This document shows, one piece after another, positions 1-6,588 of a stretch of DNA of 24,129 nucleotides. Made by a program: the position numbers and the translations under genes. Position 1 is the first letter of the stretch. The number at the start of each line of letters is the position of its first letter. Under the pieces are notes generated by a model, which saw only the letters and a list, made by a program, of their open reading frames with translations, did no database searches and had not been told where the DNA came from. Source of the DNA: a virus (Duplodnaviria > Caudoviricetes); IMG/VR virus record IMGVR_UViG_3300017722_002106, positions 1 through 24,129 of that record, one strand, 5' to 3'.

Positions 1-2
1 TA

Positions 3-308
3 ACCCCCGCCCCCAATTTCCGCCCCAAGTCCCTGTCTCCAGAAGCCTTAGAGGCATGGGATGCAGCAGAGGCAAATATCGAAGCTAGCATGCAGAGAGT
101 TAAAAAACTTACTGAAGACCCACATGACTTGTGCAACCTGCAACTACCAAATGGCGACTTCCTTAAGAGCTACCCCAAGGTGACTCGTGTGGAGCTGATA
201 ACTAACTGGGGCAGAGAGATTGTTGAGCTCGGATGCTCGAGCGTCAAAGTAAGTTTGCAAGATGACGGACGAACAATCAAGGTTTTTCTATCGAGGATCG
301 ATGACTGA
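3..308 (+). CDS. Hypothetical phage protein, probably 5'-truncated by the window edge
   Basis: The frame is open from position 3 (TPAPNFRPKSLSPEALEAWDAA...) through ATG 90 to TGA 308. The C-terminal VTRVELI...VSLQDDGRTIKVF looks like a small phage domain. Confidence 0.7.
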   Translation, partial: TPAPNFRPKSLSPEALEAWDAAEANIEASMQRVKKLTEDPHDLCNLQLPNGDFLKSYPKVTRVELITNWGREIVELGCSSVKVSLQDDGRTIKVFLSRIDD

Positions 309-507
309 TCCCAAACTCTCACCCATCACACAGGCGATACTAGAAGCCAGCAACTGCGAAAACTCAAGGATCGTACAACTTCACATTGCCTACGCACTCA
401 AGGCACTCGGCCTCCTTGCCTACGGAGCGGGCGAAGGGTTATCCTTCCGCCTCGTGGTGGATTTTGACGACATTCGACGCATTGCTAATGAGTTGGAGAA
501 CCAATGA
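301..507 (+). CDS. Small helical protein, LSP...AIAxELE paralog family
   Basis: ATG 301 overlaps the end of the upstream ORF; sequence MTDPKLSPITQAILEA...IAYALKAL...RIANELENQ. Confidence 0.75.
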   Translation: MTDPKLSPITQAILEASNCENSRIVQLHIAYALKALGLLAYGAGEGLSFRLVVDFDDIRRIANELENQ

Positions 508-602
508 TTAATCCTCGCTACATCGTGCTCTTCTTCCTGGGTTTCCTAGTCAATCCGATGCTCTGGATTGCAATCTACACTTTTCTAACACATAAGCAAT
601 GA
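504..602 (+). CDS. 32-aa hydrophobic (single transmembrane) peptide
   Basis: Not in the ORF track. Reads MINPRYIVLFFLGFLVNPMLWIAIYTFLTHKQ, with ATGA overlaps at both ends (504-507 and 599-602). Confidence 0.7.
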   Translation: MINPRYIVLFFLGFLVNPMLWIAIYTFLTHKQ

Positions 603-646
603 GTCCCTACACGTACGAAGAATGGAAGAGAAAGTACAACTTGAAG
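554..646 (+). repeat. 93-bp direct repeat, copy 1 (copy 2 at 3847-3939)
   Basis: Ungapped alignment by eye gives 85/93 identities. Confidence 0.92.
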
Positions 647-1273
647 TACGACCCTCGAAACCCCTGCTCAGAAATTTCCCTCCCAAACTCCTCCGGCACC
701 TGTACCCTTCCTCACCCAGAACCCGAACCAATGACTCTCACACCGGAACAAGAAAACCTGAGGAAAGTCTGGCTGGCGCAACACGAGCTAGTGGCCGTTC
801 ACTTCGCTGCGTATGAGAGGGATTTGGAAGAAGCCAGAAATGGCGATACAGATGTTATCCCGGGTTCTATTCATTTAGTGAAAGCACGGGCGGCTTTGGC
901 TGATGCTCTCAGCAATTGCTTGAAAGAAGGTTTTGACCCTCGCGGCTCCTGCTCAGAGACTCCCCTACCAGACTTCCCCCTCCCCGGTCCCACCCTCACT
1001 CCCCCAGATCCCAAACCAATGCAAAAATACAACAGGACCATCCGATGCGTCTACATTACCCCCGCCGACGAGACATTGAGCCCCATCTTAAGTGAGAACG
1101 CCGTGATTGTCACCGTCGAGGATGAGGCTGGAGGGCCGTTCATCCTCATCAACACCGTAAGCAGCGACAGTTGCAAGGGTGAAGTGAGGCTCGATTTTGA
1201 GGAGCTCAAGATAGTGGTAGAAGTTGCCCAAGAATTGATTAACCAACCCGCACTGAAGGAAGCCAGTTCGTGA
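599..1273 (+). CDS. Modular hypothetical protein with repeated Pro-rich linkers
   Basis: 224-aa ORF with an ATGA overlap at the start; linkers DPRNPCSEISLP...PEPEPM and DPRGSCSETPLP...PDPKPM. Confidence 0.75.
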   Translation: MSPYTYEEWKRKYNLKYDPRNPCSEISLPNSSGTCTLPHPEPEPMTLTPEQENLRKVWLAQHELVAVHFAAYERDLEEARNGDTDVIPGSIHLVKARAALADALSNCLKEGFDPRGSCSETPLPDFPLPGPTLTPPDPKPMQKYNRTIRCVYITPADETLSPILSENAVIVTVEDEAGGPFILINTVSSDSCKGEVRLDFEELKIVVEVAQELINQPALKEASS

Positions 1274-1316
1274 ACTGGCACATGGGGCTTTACAAAAGCC
1301 CTCAATAGGTTAGAAT
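1262..1316 (+). promoter_or_regulatory. Palindrome followed by a sigma70-like promoter
   Basis: GCCAGTTC-gt-GAACTGGC at 1262-1279; TTTACA (1289-1294), 16 nt, TAGAAT (1311-1316), upstream of ATG 1341. Confidence 0.55.
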
Positions 1317-1340
1317 AATCTTGCGAACGAAACTAGCACC

Positions 1341-1601
1341 ATGGAAGCACCCCGAACCTACCGCCAAGTCCGCCGCAGGTGGCACGTGATTGCCCTACGT
1401 GCTCTTGCGATGGGTCTGCCCTTAATCGTCTACAATGTCATCGAGCCTCTTTCCCGGGCGACAGAGTCCCTCCTTCACTCCCTCATGCGCAATCTGCCAA
1501 ACCCTCAGGTCGAGGAGTGGGTTCCCTATGAGCAGTTGTCTAAGAAACAGCAGAGGGATATTGAACTGATGAAAGGTACTCTTGCTGCGAGGTTCTGGTG
1601 A
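1341..1601 (+). CDS. Hypothetical protein with a hydrophobic segment
   Basis: 86-aa ORF after the promoter; GTGA overlap with the next gene. Confidence 0.7.
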   Translation: MEAPRTYRQVRRRWHVIALRALAMGLPLIVYNVIEPLSRATESLLHSLMRNLPNPQVEEWVPYEQLSKKQQRDIELMKGTLAARFW

Positions 1602-1993
1602 GAGTGAAGGACCCCGACGACCGTCGCGACCAACTCTGCACTGAATGCGGTGTCGGTGTTTACGCGGAGACCAGCATCCACGATGACTGGGACGGACTGC
1701 TCCACTGCACAAACAAAAATTGCAACCACGAAGTGAAAAGGTACAAGTCGGAGGATGAGCCGAAGCCGAAGCCCGAGCCAGAGCCTCAGGAAGTGTTCGT
1801 CAGCCCCAAAACCCAGTACATCCTCGACGCCTACGAATCCGCTACTGACAAGTACAAAGCTCTTGCCGCTGTCCTTCGTGCTCTTGTGAACCAGGGAGAC
1901 TGCATGTATGACCCGGAAGCTGACCACCAACCGGTCGGCGTTGTTCGTGACTCTTTTTCTTTGGCAATCGCCGACGAACTGGAGGCACTATGA
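1598..1993 (+). CDS. Zn-ribbon domain fused to an LSP...AIADELE family domain
   Basis: CTECG...CTNKNC, then a PKPKPEPEP linker, then VSPKTQYILDAY...LAAVLRAL...AIADELEAL. Confidence 0.8.
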   Translation: MRVKDPDDRRDQLCTECGVGVYAETSIHDDWDGLLHCTNKNCNHEVKRYKSEDEPKPKPEPEPQEVFVSPKTQYILDAYESATDKYKALAAVLRALVNQGDCMYDPEADHQPVGVVRDSFSLAIADELEAL

Positions 1994-2256
1994 CCCAATT
2001 ATCACCCTATTCAAAAGCCGTGATGGATGCTGCTTTTGATGCCGACTTTGAGATTGACTTTGCAAACTTAGACGCAACATTTGAAGCATCTATAAATAAG
2101 CTTGCTGCCGCCGCTCTTCGTGCTGCCGCAATGCAGACCTTGCTTACCTCCGAACATTACGAAGGTTCAACGCCCGACGACTATGAACTGGGGTGGAATG
2201 CCGCAGTTGCCTACATTCAAAACATCGCCGCCGAGCTGGAGGGTTCCAATGGCTGA
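1990..2256 (+). CDS. LSP...AIAxELE family paralog
   Basis: MTQLSPYSKAVMDAA...LAAAALRAAA...NIAAELEG; GGAGG and ATGA coupling at the start. Confidence 0.85.
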   Translation: MTQLSPYSKAVMDAAFDADFEIDFANLDATFEASINKLAAAALRAAAMQTLLTSEHYEGSTPDDYELGWNAAVAYIQNIAAELEGSNG

Positions 2257-2452
2257 ACTATCCCCCGCCGCGCAGGCGGTGCTGGATGTTTACTGGAAAC
2301 ACGTGGGGGTGCCGTCTGCCCTTGCCAAGGAACTTGGGTTTACCAATACTCCGCTTGTCGCCGCCCTTTGTGCTGTTGCGGACCAACTGGGCCACGCCAC
2401 TTCGGCCCACACGCTATACGCCATCGCCACCGAACTAGAGGGCTTTAACTAA
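2249..2452 (+). CDS. LSP...AIAxELE family paralog
   Basis: Start revised to ATG 2249: MAELSPAAQAVLDV...LVAALCAVADQL...AIATELEGFN. Confidence 0.85.
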   Translation: MAELSPAAQAVLDVYWKHVGVPSALAKELGFTNTPLVAALCAVADQLGHATSAHTLYAIATELEGFN

Positions 2453-2880
2453 TGTCACCTTGTTCATCCTGCATTCACTACCGAGTTTCTCACGGTCTTC
2501 ACCCCATTGAAAGCTGGTGCGTTATTTCGGGAGACTGGTTAAGCGCCAGAGATGTATGGCACAATAATCCCGAGGCATATACCAGAGTTTGGGGAGTTAA
2601 AACAAACGACATCCCGGAGTGCAAGTTCGCTATGTCCGAACGAGAAGTTGGAGAGTATGACGAATGGCACGCTTCAAAGATCACTCTTTACTACCGGGAA
2701 AATCGTGGAGGGTACAAAGGTTTTCACAACGATAAACGCAATGACCACTGGTTAAATTCTCTTAACGAAGAAAAAGAAGTAGAGTCAAACAACCGTAAAA
2801 GATTTTGGCCAGGTAATGACCTTGCTCACTTTGTTAAACACAAACCCCGCGCCATCGCCACCGAACTGAACACGCTATGA
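2452..2880 (+). CDS. Hypothetical Cys/His/Trp-rich protein carrying only the family C-terminal tail
   Basis: N-terminal CSSC; ends RAIATELNTL, encoded by the shared gccatcgccaccgaact motif. Confidence 0.75.
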   Translation: MSPCSSCIHYRVSHGLHPIESWCVISGDWLSARDVWHNNPEAYTRVWGVKTNDIPECKFAMSEREVGEYDEWHASKITLYYRENRGGYKGFHNDKRNDHWLNSLNEEKEVESNNRKRFWPGNDLAHFVKHKPRAIATELNTL

Positions 2881-3092
2881 CTGTCTCACCCGCACAAGCA
2901 GTCTGGGTTGCCTACGAACAAATACTCGAAAACGAGGGCGTAGTTACAGACACTGACAAGAAAGCACTCGCTGCTGCCATTCGCGTTGCTGCCGAAGATC
3001 TTCAGTATAGGCTATTTCTACCCGGAACCGACGCCAGGGTTGTGGACGCCCAGGCCATATTTAATCTAGCTAACGAACTGGAGGCACTATGA
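2877..3092 (+). CDS. LSP...AIAxELE family paralog
   Basis: MTVSPAQAVWVAY...LAAAIRVAAE...NLANELEAL. Confidence 0.85.
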   Translation: MTVSPAQAVWVAYEQILENEGVVTDTDKKALAAAIRVAAEDLQYRLFLPGTDARVVDAQAIFNLANELEAL

Positions 3093-3319
3093 CTCAACTA
3101 TCGCCTGCCGCGCAGGCTGTGCTTAATGCCACTGATTATCCTGAAGACTGGGCAACTCGCATCCGTGTAGCAGCCGCCATCGGCGAGCTCCTTGAGCAAG
3201 TGCTGCCGGCGACCCGTCCGCAACACCCTAACACCCTCGACGAGCGCCACCGAAAAGTCGATGCGTGGGCTGTCCGGAGCCAAGTTCTTAGGCTCGTTGC
3301 CGAACTGGAGGGACTATGA
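3089..3319 (+). CDS. LSP...AIAxELE family paralog
   Basis: MTQLSPAAQAVLNA...VAAAIGELLEQV...LVAELEGL. Confidence 0.85.
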   Translation: MTQLSPAAQAVLNATDYPEDWATRIRVAAAIGELLEQVLPATRPQHPNTLDERHRKVDAWAVRSQVLRLVAELEGL

Positions 3320-3774
3320 GCATGAAAAACACCGCGCTCTCACCTCAAGCCCACGCTGTGCTGGATGCGTTCCTTGCTGAATGGCCAGACGAAGCTCTAG
3401 AACAAGATCGTAAATGCCTTGCCGCCGCCCTCCGCGCCGTTGTAAAGGCCTGCGCCTTCGAGGATTTCAATACCCGTTTACTAACTGCGGCGGACATTCT
3501 CGCCATCGCCACCGAACTAGAGGGTTCTCCAAAAGAAGACGAACGACCAGACCGCTTAATTGCCGGCGATGTTTGGGAGTTTGAGACGGAAGTCGAAGTT
3601 AAAGGCAAACGCAAACCTCAACTCATGAGACTTCAGTTCGAAGTTGTACGTTATCATAAAGGTGAGTGCGCTTGGCAGTTGAAGTCTTTGATCGGGGGGC
3701 ATTACACCTACTTGATGGAATGTGCCCCGCAGTACGAAGATATGACGTACATTGGCCCCCTCGATTCAAAATGA
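3316..3774 (+). CDS. LSP...AIAxELE family paralog with an added beta-rich C-terminal domain
   Basis: ALSPQAHAVLDAF...LAAALRAVV...AIATELEG followed by about 80 extra residues. Confidence 0.8.
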   Translation: MSMKNTALSPQAHAVLDAFLAEWPDEALEQDRKCLAAALRAVVKACAFEDFNTRLLTAADILAIATELEGSPKEDERPDRLIAGDVWEFETEVEVKGKRKPQLMRLQFEVVRYHKGECAWQLKSLIGGHYTYLMECAPQYEDMTYIGPLDSK

Positions 3775-3783
3775 CTGAGGTAC

Positions 3784-3828
3784 GGTTACCCGCCCTTTCG
3801 TCGGAGCCGAAAACACGCTATATTTAAT
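3784..3828 (+). promoter_or_regulatory. GGTTACCCGCCCTTT motif plus a -10-like GCTATATTT
   Basis: Intergenic; the identical 15-mer occurs at 6496-6510 and an 11-mer core at 10406-10416. Confidence 0.6.
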
Positions 3829-3846
3829 TCGTTCGCCACCCGGCCC

Positions 3847-3939
3847 TCCGATGCTCGGGATTGCAATCTACCCTTTTTTAACACACAAGCAATGAGTCTC
3901 TACACGTACGACGAACGAAAGAGAAAGTACAACTTGAAG
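3847..3939 (+). repeat. 93-bp direct repeat, copy 2
   Basis: Matches 554-646 with 8 substitutions. Confidence 0.92.
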
Positions 3940-4146
3940 ATGGAAAACACCACTCCCTCGCCCAAAACCCAAGCCGTCATCGACGCTTACGAAGCCTCCT
4001 CTGACGGGTACAAAGCTTTTGCCGCCGTTATTCGCGCTGTTGCGGATCAGGTGGTGTCAAAAAGAACCGCCTTTCTCTCGCCCGGCACTGTCGCCGAAAT
4101 CCGTGCCGAAATCCTCGCCATCGCCGACGAACTGGAGACGCTATGA
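3892..4146 (+). CDS. LSP...AIAxELE family paralog whose N-terminus comes from the 93-bp repeat
   Basis: MSLYTYDERKRKYNLK followed by MENTTPSPKTQAVIDAY...FAAVIRAVADQV...AIADELETL; an alternative start is ATG 3940. Confidence 0.8.
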   Translation: MSLYTYDERKRKYNLKMENTTPSPKTQAVIDAYEASSDGYKAFAAVIRAVADQVVSKRTAFLSPGTVAEIRAEILAIADELETL

Positions 4147-4346
4147 AAAAACTTCTAAAAACCCTTCGCAACGCCGAAGTTTGCTGTATCCCTTGCGGCA
4201 ACAAGTATGGCGAGCCTCGCGGTCTTGAATCCAGCATGTGGGTCGGTCGATGCAACGTCTGCGGCGAAGAAACAACAGTGACAGAAACGCGAGACTTCCG
4301 CTACTTGGCAAAAGGGATCGCAGAACTCTCCACAAAGAAACAATGA
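4143..4346 (+). CDS. Small Zn-finger protein
   Basis: CIPCG...CNVCG motif; ATGA overlaps at both ends. Confidence 0.8.
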   Translation: MKKLLKTLRNAEVCCIPCGNKYGEPRGLESSMWVGRCNVCGEETTVTETRDFRYLAKGIAELSTKKQ

Positions 4347-4486
4347 TGCTCGCAATCTCCTTCATCCTCATCATCTTACTCGCTGCGGCTGGGTTTGCCC
4401 TTGAGCTGCGCGTATCCCGCCTGACTGAGCGCCTTCGCAACATCGAAAAAGCACTTTGCTTGCTGAACAAAAAGTACTATGATTGA
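4343..4486 (+). CDS. Small membrane protein (TM helix plus short coiled coil)
   Basis: Start revised to ATG 4343: MMLAISFILIILLAAAGFALELRVSRLTERLRNIEK. Confidence 0.7.
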   Translation: MMLAISFILIILLAAAGFALELRVSRLTERLRNIEKALCLLNKKYYD

Positions 4487-5144
4487 TCTCTCTACCTGCA
4501 TCCCCGGCCAAAAAGTCTTTTTTCAAAACGGACAGATCGGCACCGTCTCCACCAGTCGCAGGCGGTCAGTAACCGTTGAAATGCAGGGGGTAGGCGGCAA
4601 TTTGAACTGGTCGTGGTACACTCTAGACGGGATTCAAGGTAAAGACCTACCCGATCCCGAGTGGGAAATCGTCGAGATCCTCCCAGTTAGAGCCCCTGAA
4701 GAACAACCAATGATCGATCTTTCCACCTGTGCTTACGGTCAAAAAGTCAAGTACCGCAACGGCGCTACTGGAACGTTTGTCGGCCCTAACTTTAGCGGCG
4801 GTATTTACCCGTTCCTAACAAGGCTCGCCTCCGGTGACACGCATAGTCACACCAAGACTGGGTCTACGTCTAATTGTAGGTACGGTAATCCTCACGACAT
4901 CCTTGAGATTCTCCCAGTTGAAACCCCTGCAGAACAACCAACACCCAAACCCCAAGAAATGGATTACAAGAGCGCCTACCTTCAAATCGCTAACATCGTC
5001 AGTGTCGCCTTCCCCGAGTGCGAAGTGACTACAGTGGACATGGCGCGACTACTCGTCAACGAGAACCGCACTCTACGCCTGGCCCTTGGCCTACCTACCT
5101 ACGAAGAAGTTGAAAACCTAACATACACCGAAGTGTACGAATGA
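4479..5144 (+). CDS. Hypothetical protein with two tandem 77-aa repeats and a helical C-terminal module
   Basis: MIDLSTC.GQKV...NG..GT...I.EILPV..P.EQP occurs twice (4479-4709 and 4710-4940). Confidence 0.85.
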   Translation: MIDLSTCIPGQKVFFQNGQIGTVSTSRRRSVTVEMQGVGGNLNWSWYTLDGIQGKDLPDPEWEIVEILPVRAPEEQPMIDLSTCAYGQKVKYRNGATGTFVGPNFSGGIYPFLTRLASGDTHSHTKTGSTSNCRYGNPHDILEILPVETPAEQPTPKPQEMDYKSAYLQIANIVSVAFPECEVTTVDMARLLVNENRTLRLALGLPTYEEVENLTYTEVYE

Positions 5145-5344
5145 CAACCTGGAAACCCTGCATCAAACTCCCCATCGTTGTTCACGTTCGTGAGCAAGAA
5201 CCCGGAGAAACACACATTTCCACTCGCGAGGGTATCACTCCTTTACTCTCCGACGACCTTATCATGCGAGGTGTCGAGGGTGAGGAGTACCCTATTGGAC
5301 GTAACCTGTTTGAGAAAACTTACAGACTCGTAGAGAAACAATGA
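5141..5344 (+). CDS. PGDYG-like small phage protein
   Basis: K.PIVV...TREG...DDLIMRGVEGEEYPI...FEKTY pattern. Confidence 0.7.
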   Translation: MTTWKPCIKLPIVVHVREQEPGETHISTREGITPLLSDDLIMRGVEGEEYPIGRNLFEKTYRLVEKQ

Positions 5345-5619
5345 TCACCGCTAAACAAGTCTACCGAGCACTCCCATACCCTCTGAAGTGCCTCTGGATG
5401 AACTTCCGTGGGGGGTTCTCCTCATTCAACTATGCCATCCGGTACCGGTTTGGGTATCACGAGTGGTGGGATTTTGATACGGACTTTTGGGAGGAGATCA
5501 ACAGCGGGTGGATGCGAGAGTACATCTACCCTTACGATGACTTCTACAACGCTATAATCAGCAAAGAGCGCCAACTCCGCCTCAACCAACACCCACCCGA
5601 CCTTTCCCTAAAACGATGA
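5341..5619 (+). CDS. Hypothetical aromatic-rich protein
   Basis: 92-aa ORF with ATGA overlaps at both ends. Confidence 0.7.
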   Translation: MITAKQVYRALPYPLKCLWMNFRGGFSSFNYAIRYRFGYHEWWDFDTDFWEEINSGWMREYIYPYDDFYNAIISKERQLRLNQHPPDLSLKR

Positions 5620-5828
5620 CTCCCGTAGACCTCTCGTACATCAACGAGACCCTTAGCGCCGACGAAGAGCAAGTTATCAAAGACGCCGTTGAGAACGCAT
5701 GTTTCATCGCCATCGTCGCCTATCTTGATAGCCTTGCCGACAACATGGAAGACAACAAGATCGAAGCCCTCAACGTGCCCACTCTTCGGGCACTTGCCGC
5801 CGAACTCTCTGCGAAGACGGCACAATGA
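5616..5828 (+). CDS. Hypothetical acidic helical protein
   Basis: 70-aa ORF with ATGA overlaps at both ends. Confidence 0.75.
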   Translation: MTPVDLSYINETLSADEEQVIKDAVENACFIAIVAYLDSLADNMEDNKIEALNVPTLRALAAELSAKTAQ

Positions 5829-6142
5829 CCGACAACGCATTTACCCCAAAGCCACTTATCCAGTCAGCGATCGAGATTGCTACCGCCTGTGACGATCTCA
5901 AAGAACTCCTTCTAAACAAAAATAGGCGCTACGGTGACGCAGCGTTGAGCCCACTCCGAGTATTCAGCAAAGCAGATTCCGTTGAGCAGATTCGCGTAAG
6001 GATTGATGACAAACTGTCGCGACTTGCCAACCAGCAAAATGACGAAGACGAAGACGTTTTGACAGATTTGTTGGGATATCTGATACTCCTTCGTATTGCA
6101 AAGAAGCGACTAACCGCAATCAAATGTAGTCCGACGGATTGA
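5825..6142 (+). CDS. Nucleotide-modification-associated domain protein (DUF1599/Nmad1-like, MazG-like helical fold)
   Basis: LL.KNRRYGD...VRIDDKLSRL...EDVLTDLLGY signature. Confidence 0.75.
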   Translation: MTDNAFTPKPLIQSAIEIATACDDLKELLLNKNRRYGDAALSPLRVFSKADSVEQIRVRIDDKLSRLANQQNDEDEDVLTDLLGYLILLRIAKKRLTAIKCSPTD

Positions 6143-6154
6143 ACCGACCTTTAG

Positions 6155-6304
6155 AAGCACCAACGACGCTCGTTCGTCAACAAACTCCTCAATGCGTACA
6201 ACCGCGAGGAGAAACTTTACATTCTTGACATCGCCAACGACTACGTCGAAGGCAAGGCAACCATCGACACACTCTGTAAACACATCCGAGAAGGCGCACA
6301 ATGA
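6155..6304 (+). pseudogene. Probable gene remnant without a start codon
   Basis: 49 sense codons (KHQRRSFVNKLLNAYNREEKLYILDIANDYVEGK...) after TAG 6152-6154, with no in-frame ATG/GTG/TTG; the stop overlaps the next ATG. Confidence 0.4.
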
Positions 6305-6489
6305 CCGTACTCAACCCCGAACAACGCGACGAACTCATCGACCAGTACTGCGACTGGTACGTTAAAGATATGAGTCGAAAAACTCTTGAGATGATTGTCT
6401 GGGACGAAATTCACGAAGAACTTCACACTATGCCGACCGAGCTAATGCTTGAAACGGTTGAGAGAGACTGTCCGGGACTACTTGAGTAG
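6301..6489 (+). CDS. Hypothetical acidic protein
   Basis: 62-aa ORF ending just before an intergenic regulatory motif. Confidence 0.75.
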   Translation: MTVLNPEQRDELIDQYCDWYVKDMSRKTLEMIVWDEIHEELHTMPTELMLETVERDCPGLLE

Positions 6490-6495
6490 GGAGGG

Positions 6496-6537
6496 GGTTA
6501 CCCGCCCTTTACCCGGTTCAACTCTAGCTACACTTTA
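6496..6537 (+). promoter_or_regulatory. Promoter-like region of the modification genes
   Basis: GGTTACCCGCCCTTT (6496-6510) and GCTACACTTTA (6527-6537); the latter is repeated exactly at 9605-9615. Confidence 0.6.
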
Positions 6538-6588
6538 GAGTGTGGGCGAACACGCACAGTCTTGGCTTTCCCGATGAATACCCTAACA

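Noticed and set aside
554-3939. 93-bp repeat pair as a diversity-generating retroelement TR/VR
   Set aside because: The 8 mismatches are not adenine-specific (t/g, a/c, c/t, t/c, c/t, a/c, t/c, g/a), the repeat covers gene starts rather than ends, and no reverse transcriptase is visible.
1963-4146. Recurring junction motif as a CRISPR array or attC sites
   Set aside because: The copies are degenerate, non-palindromic, protein-coding and about 200-600 bp apart; no cas or integrase gene is present.
6143-6304. Stop-codon reassignment
   Set aside because: TAA, TAG and TGA all terminate genes normally elsewhere, and long genes are uninterrupted under the standard code.
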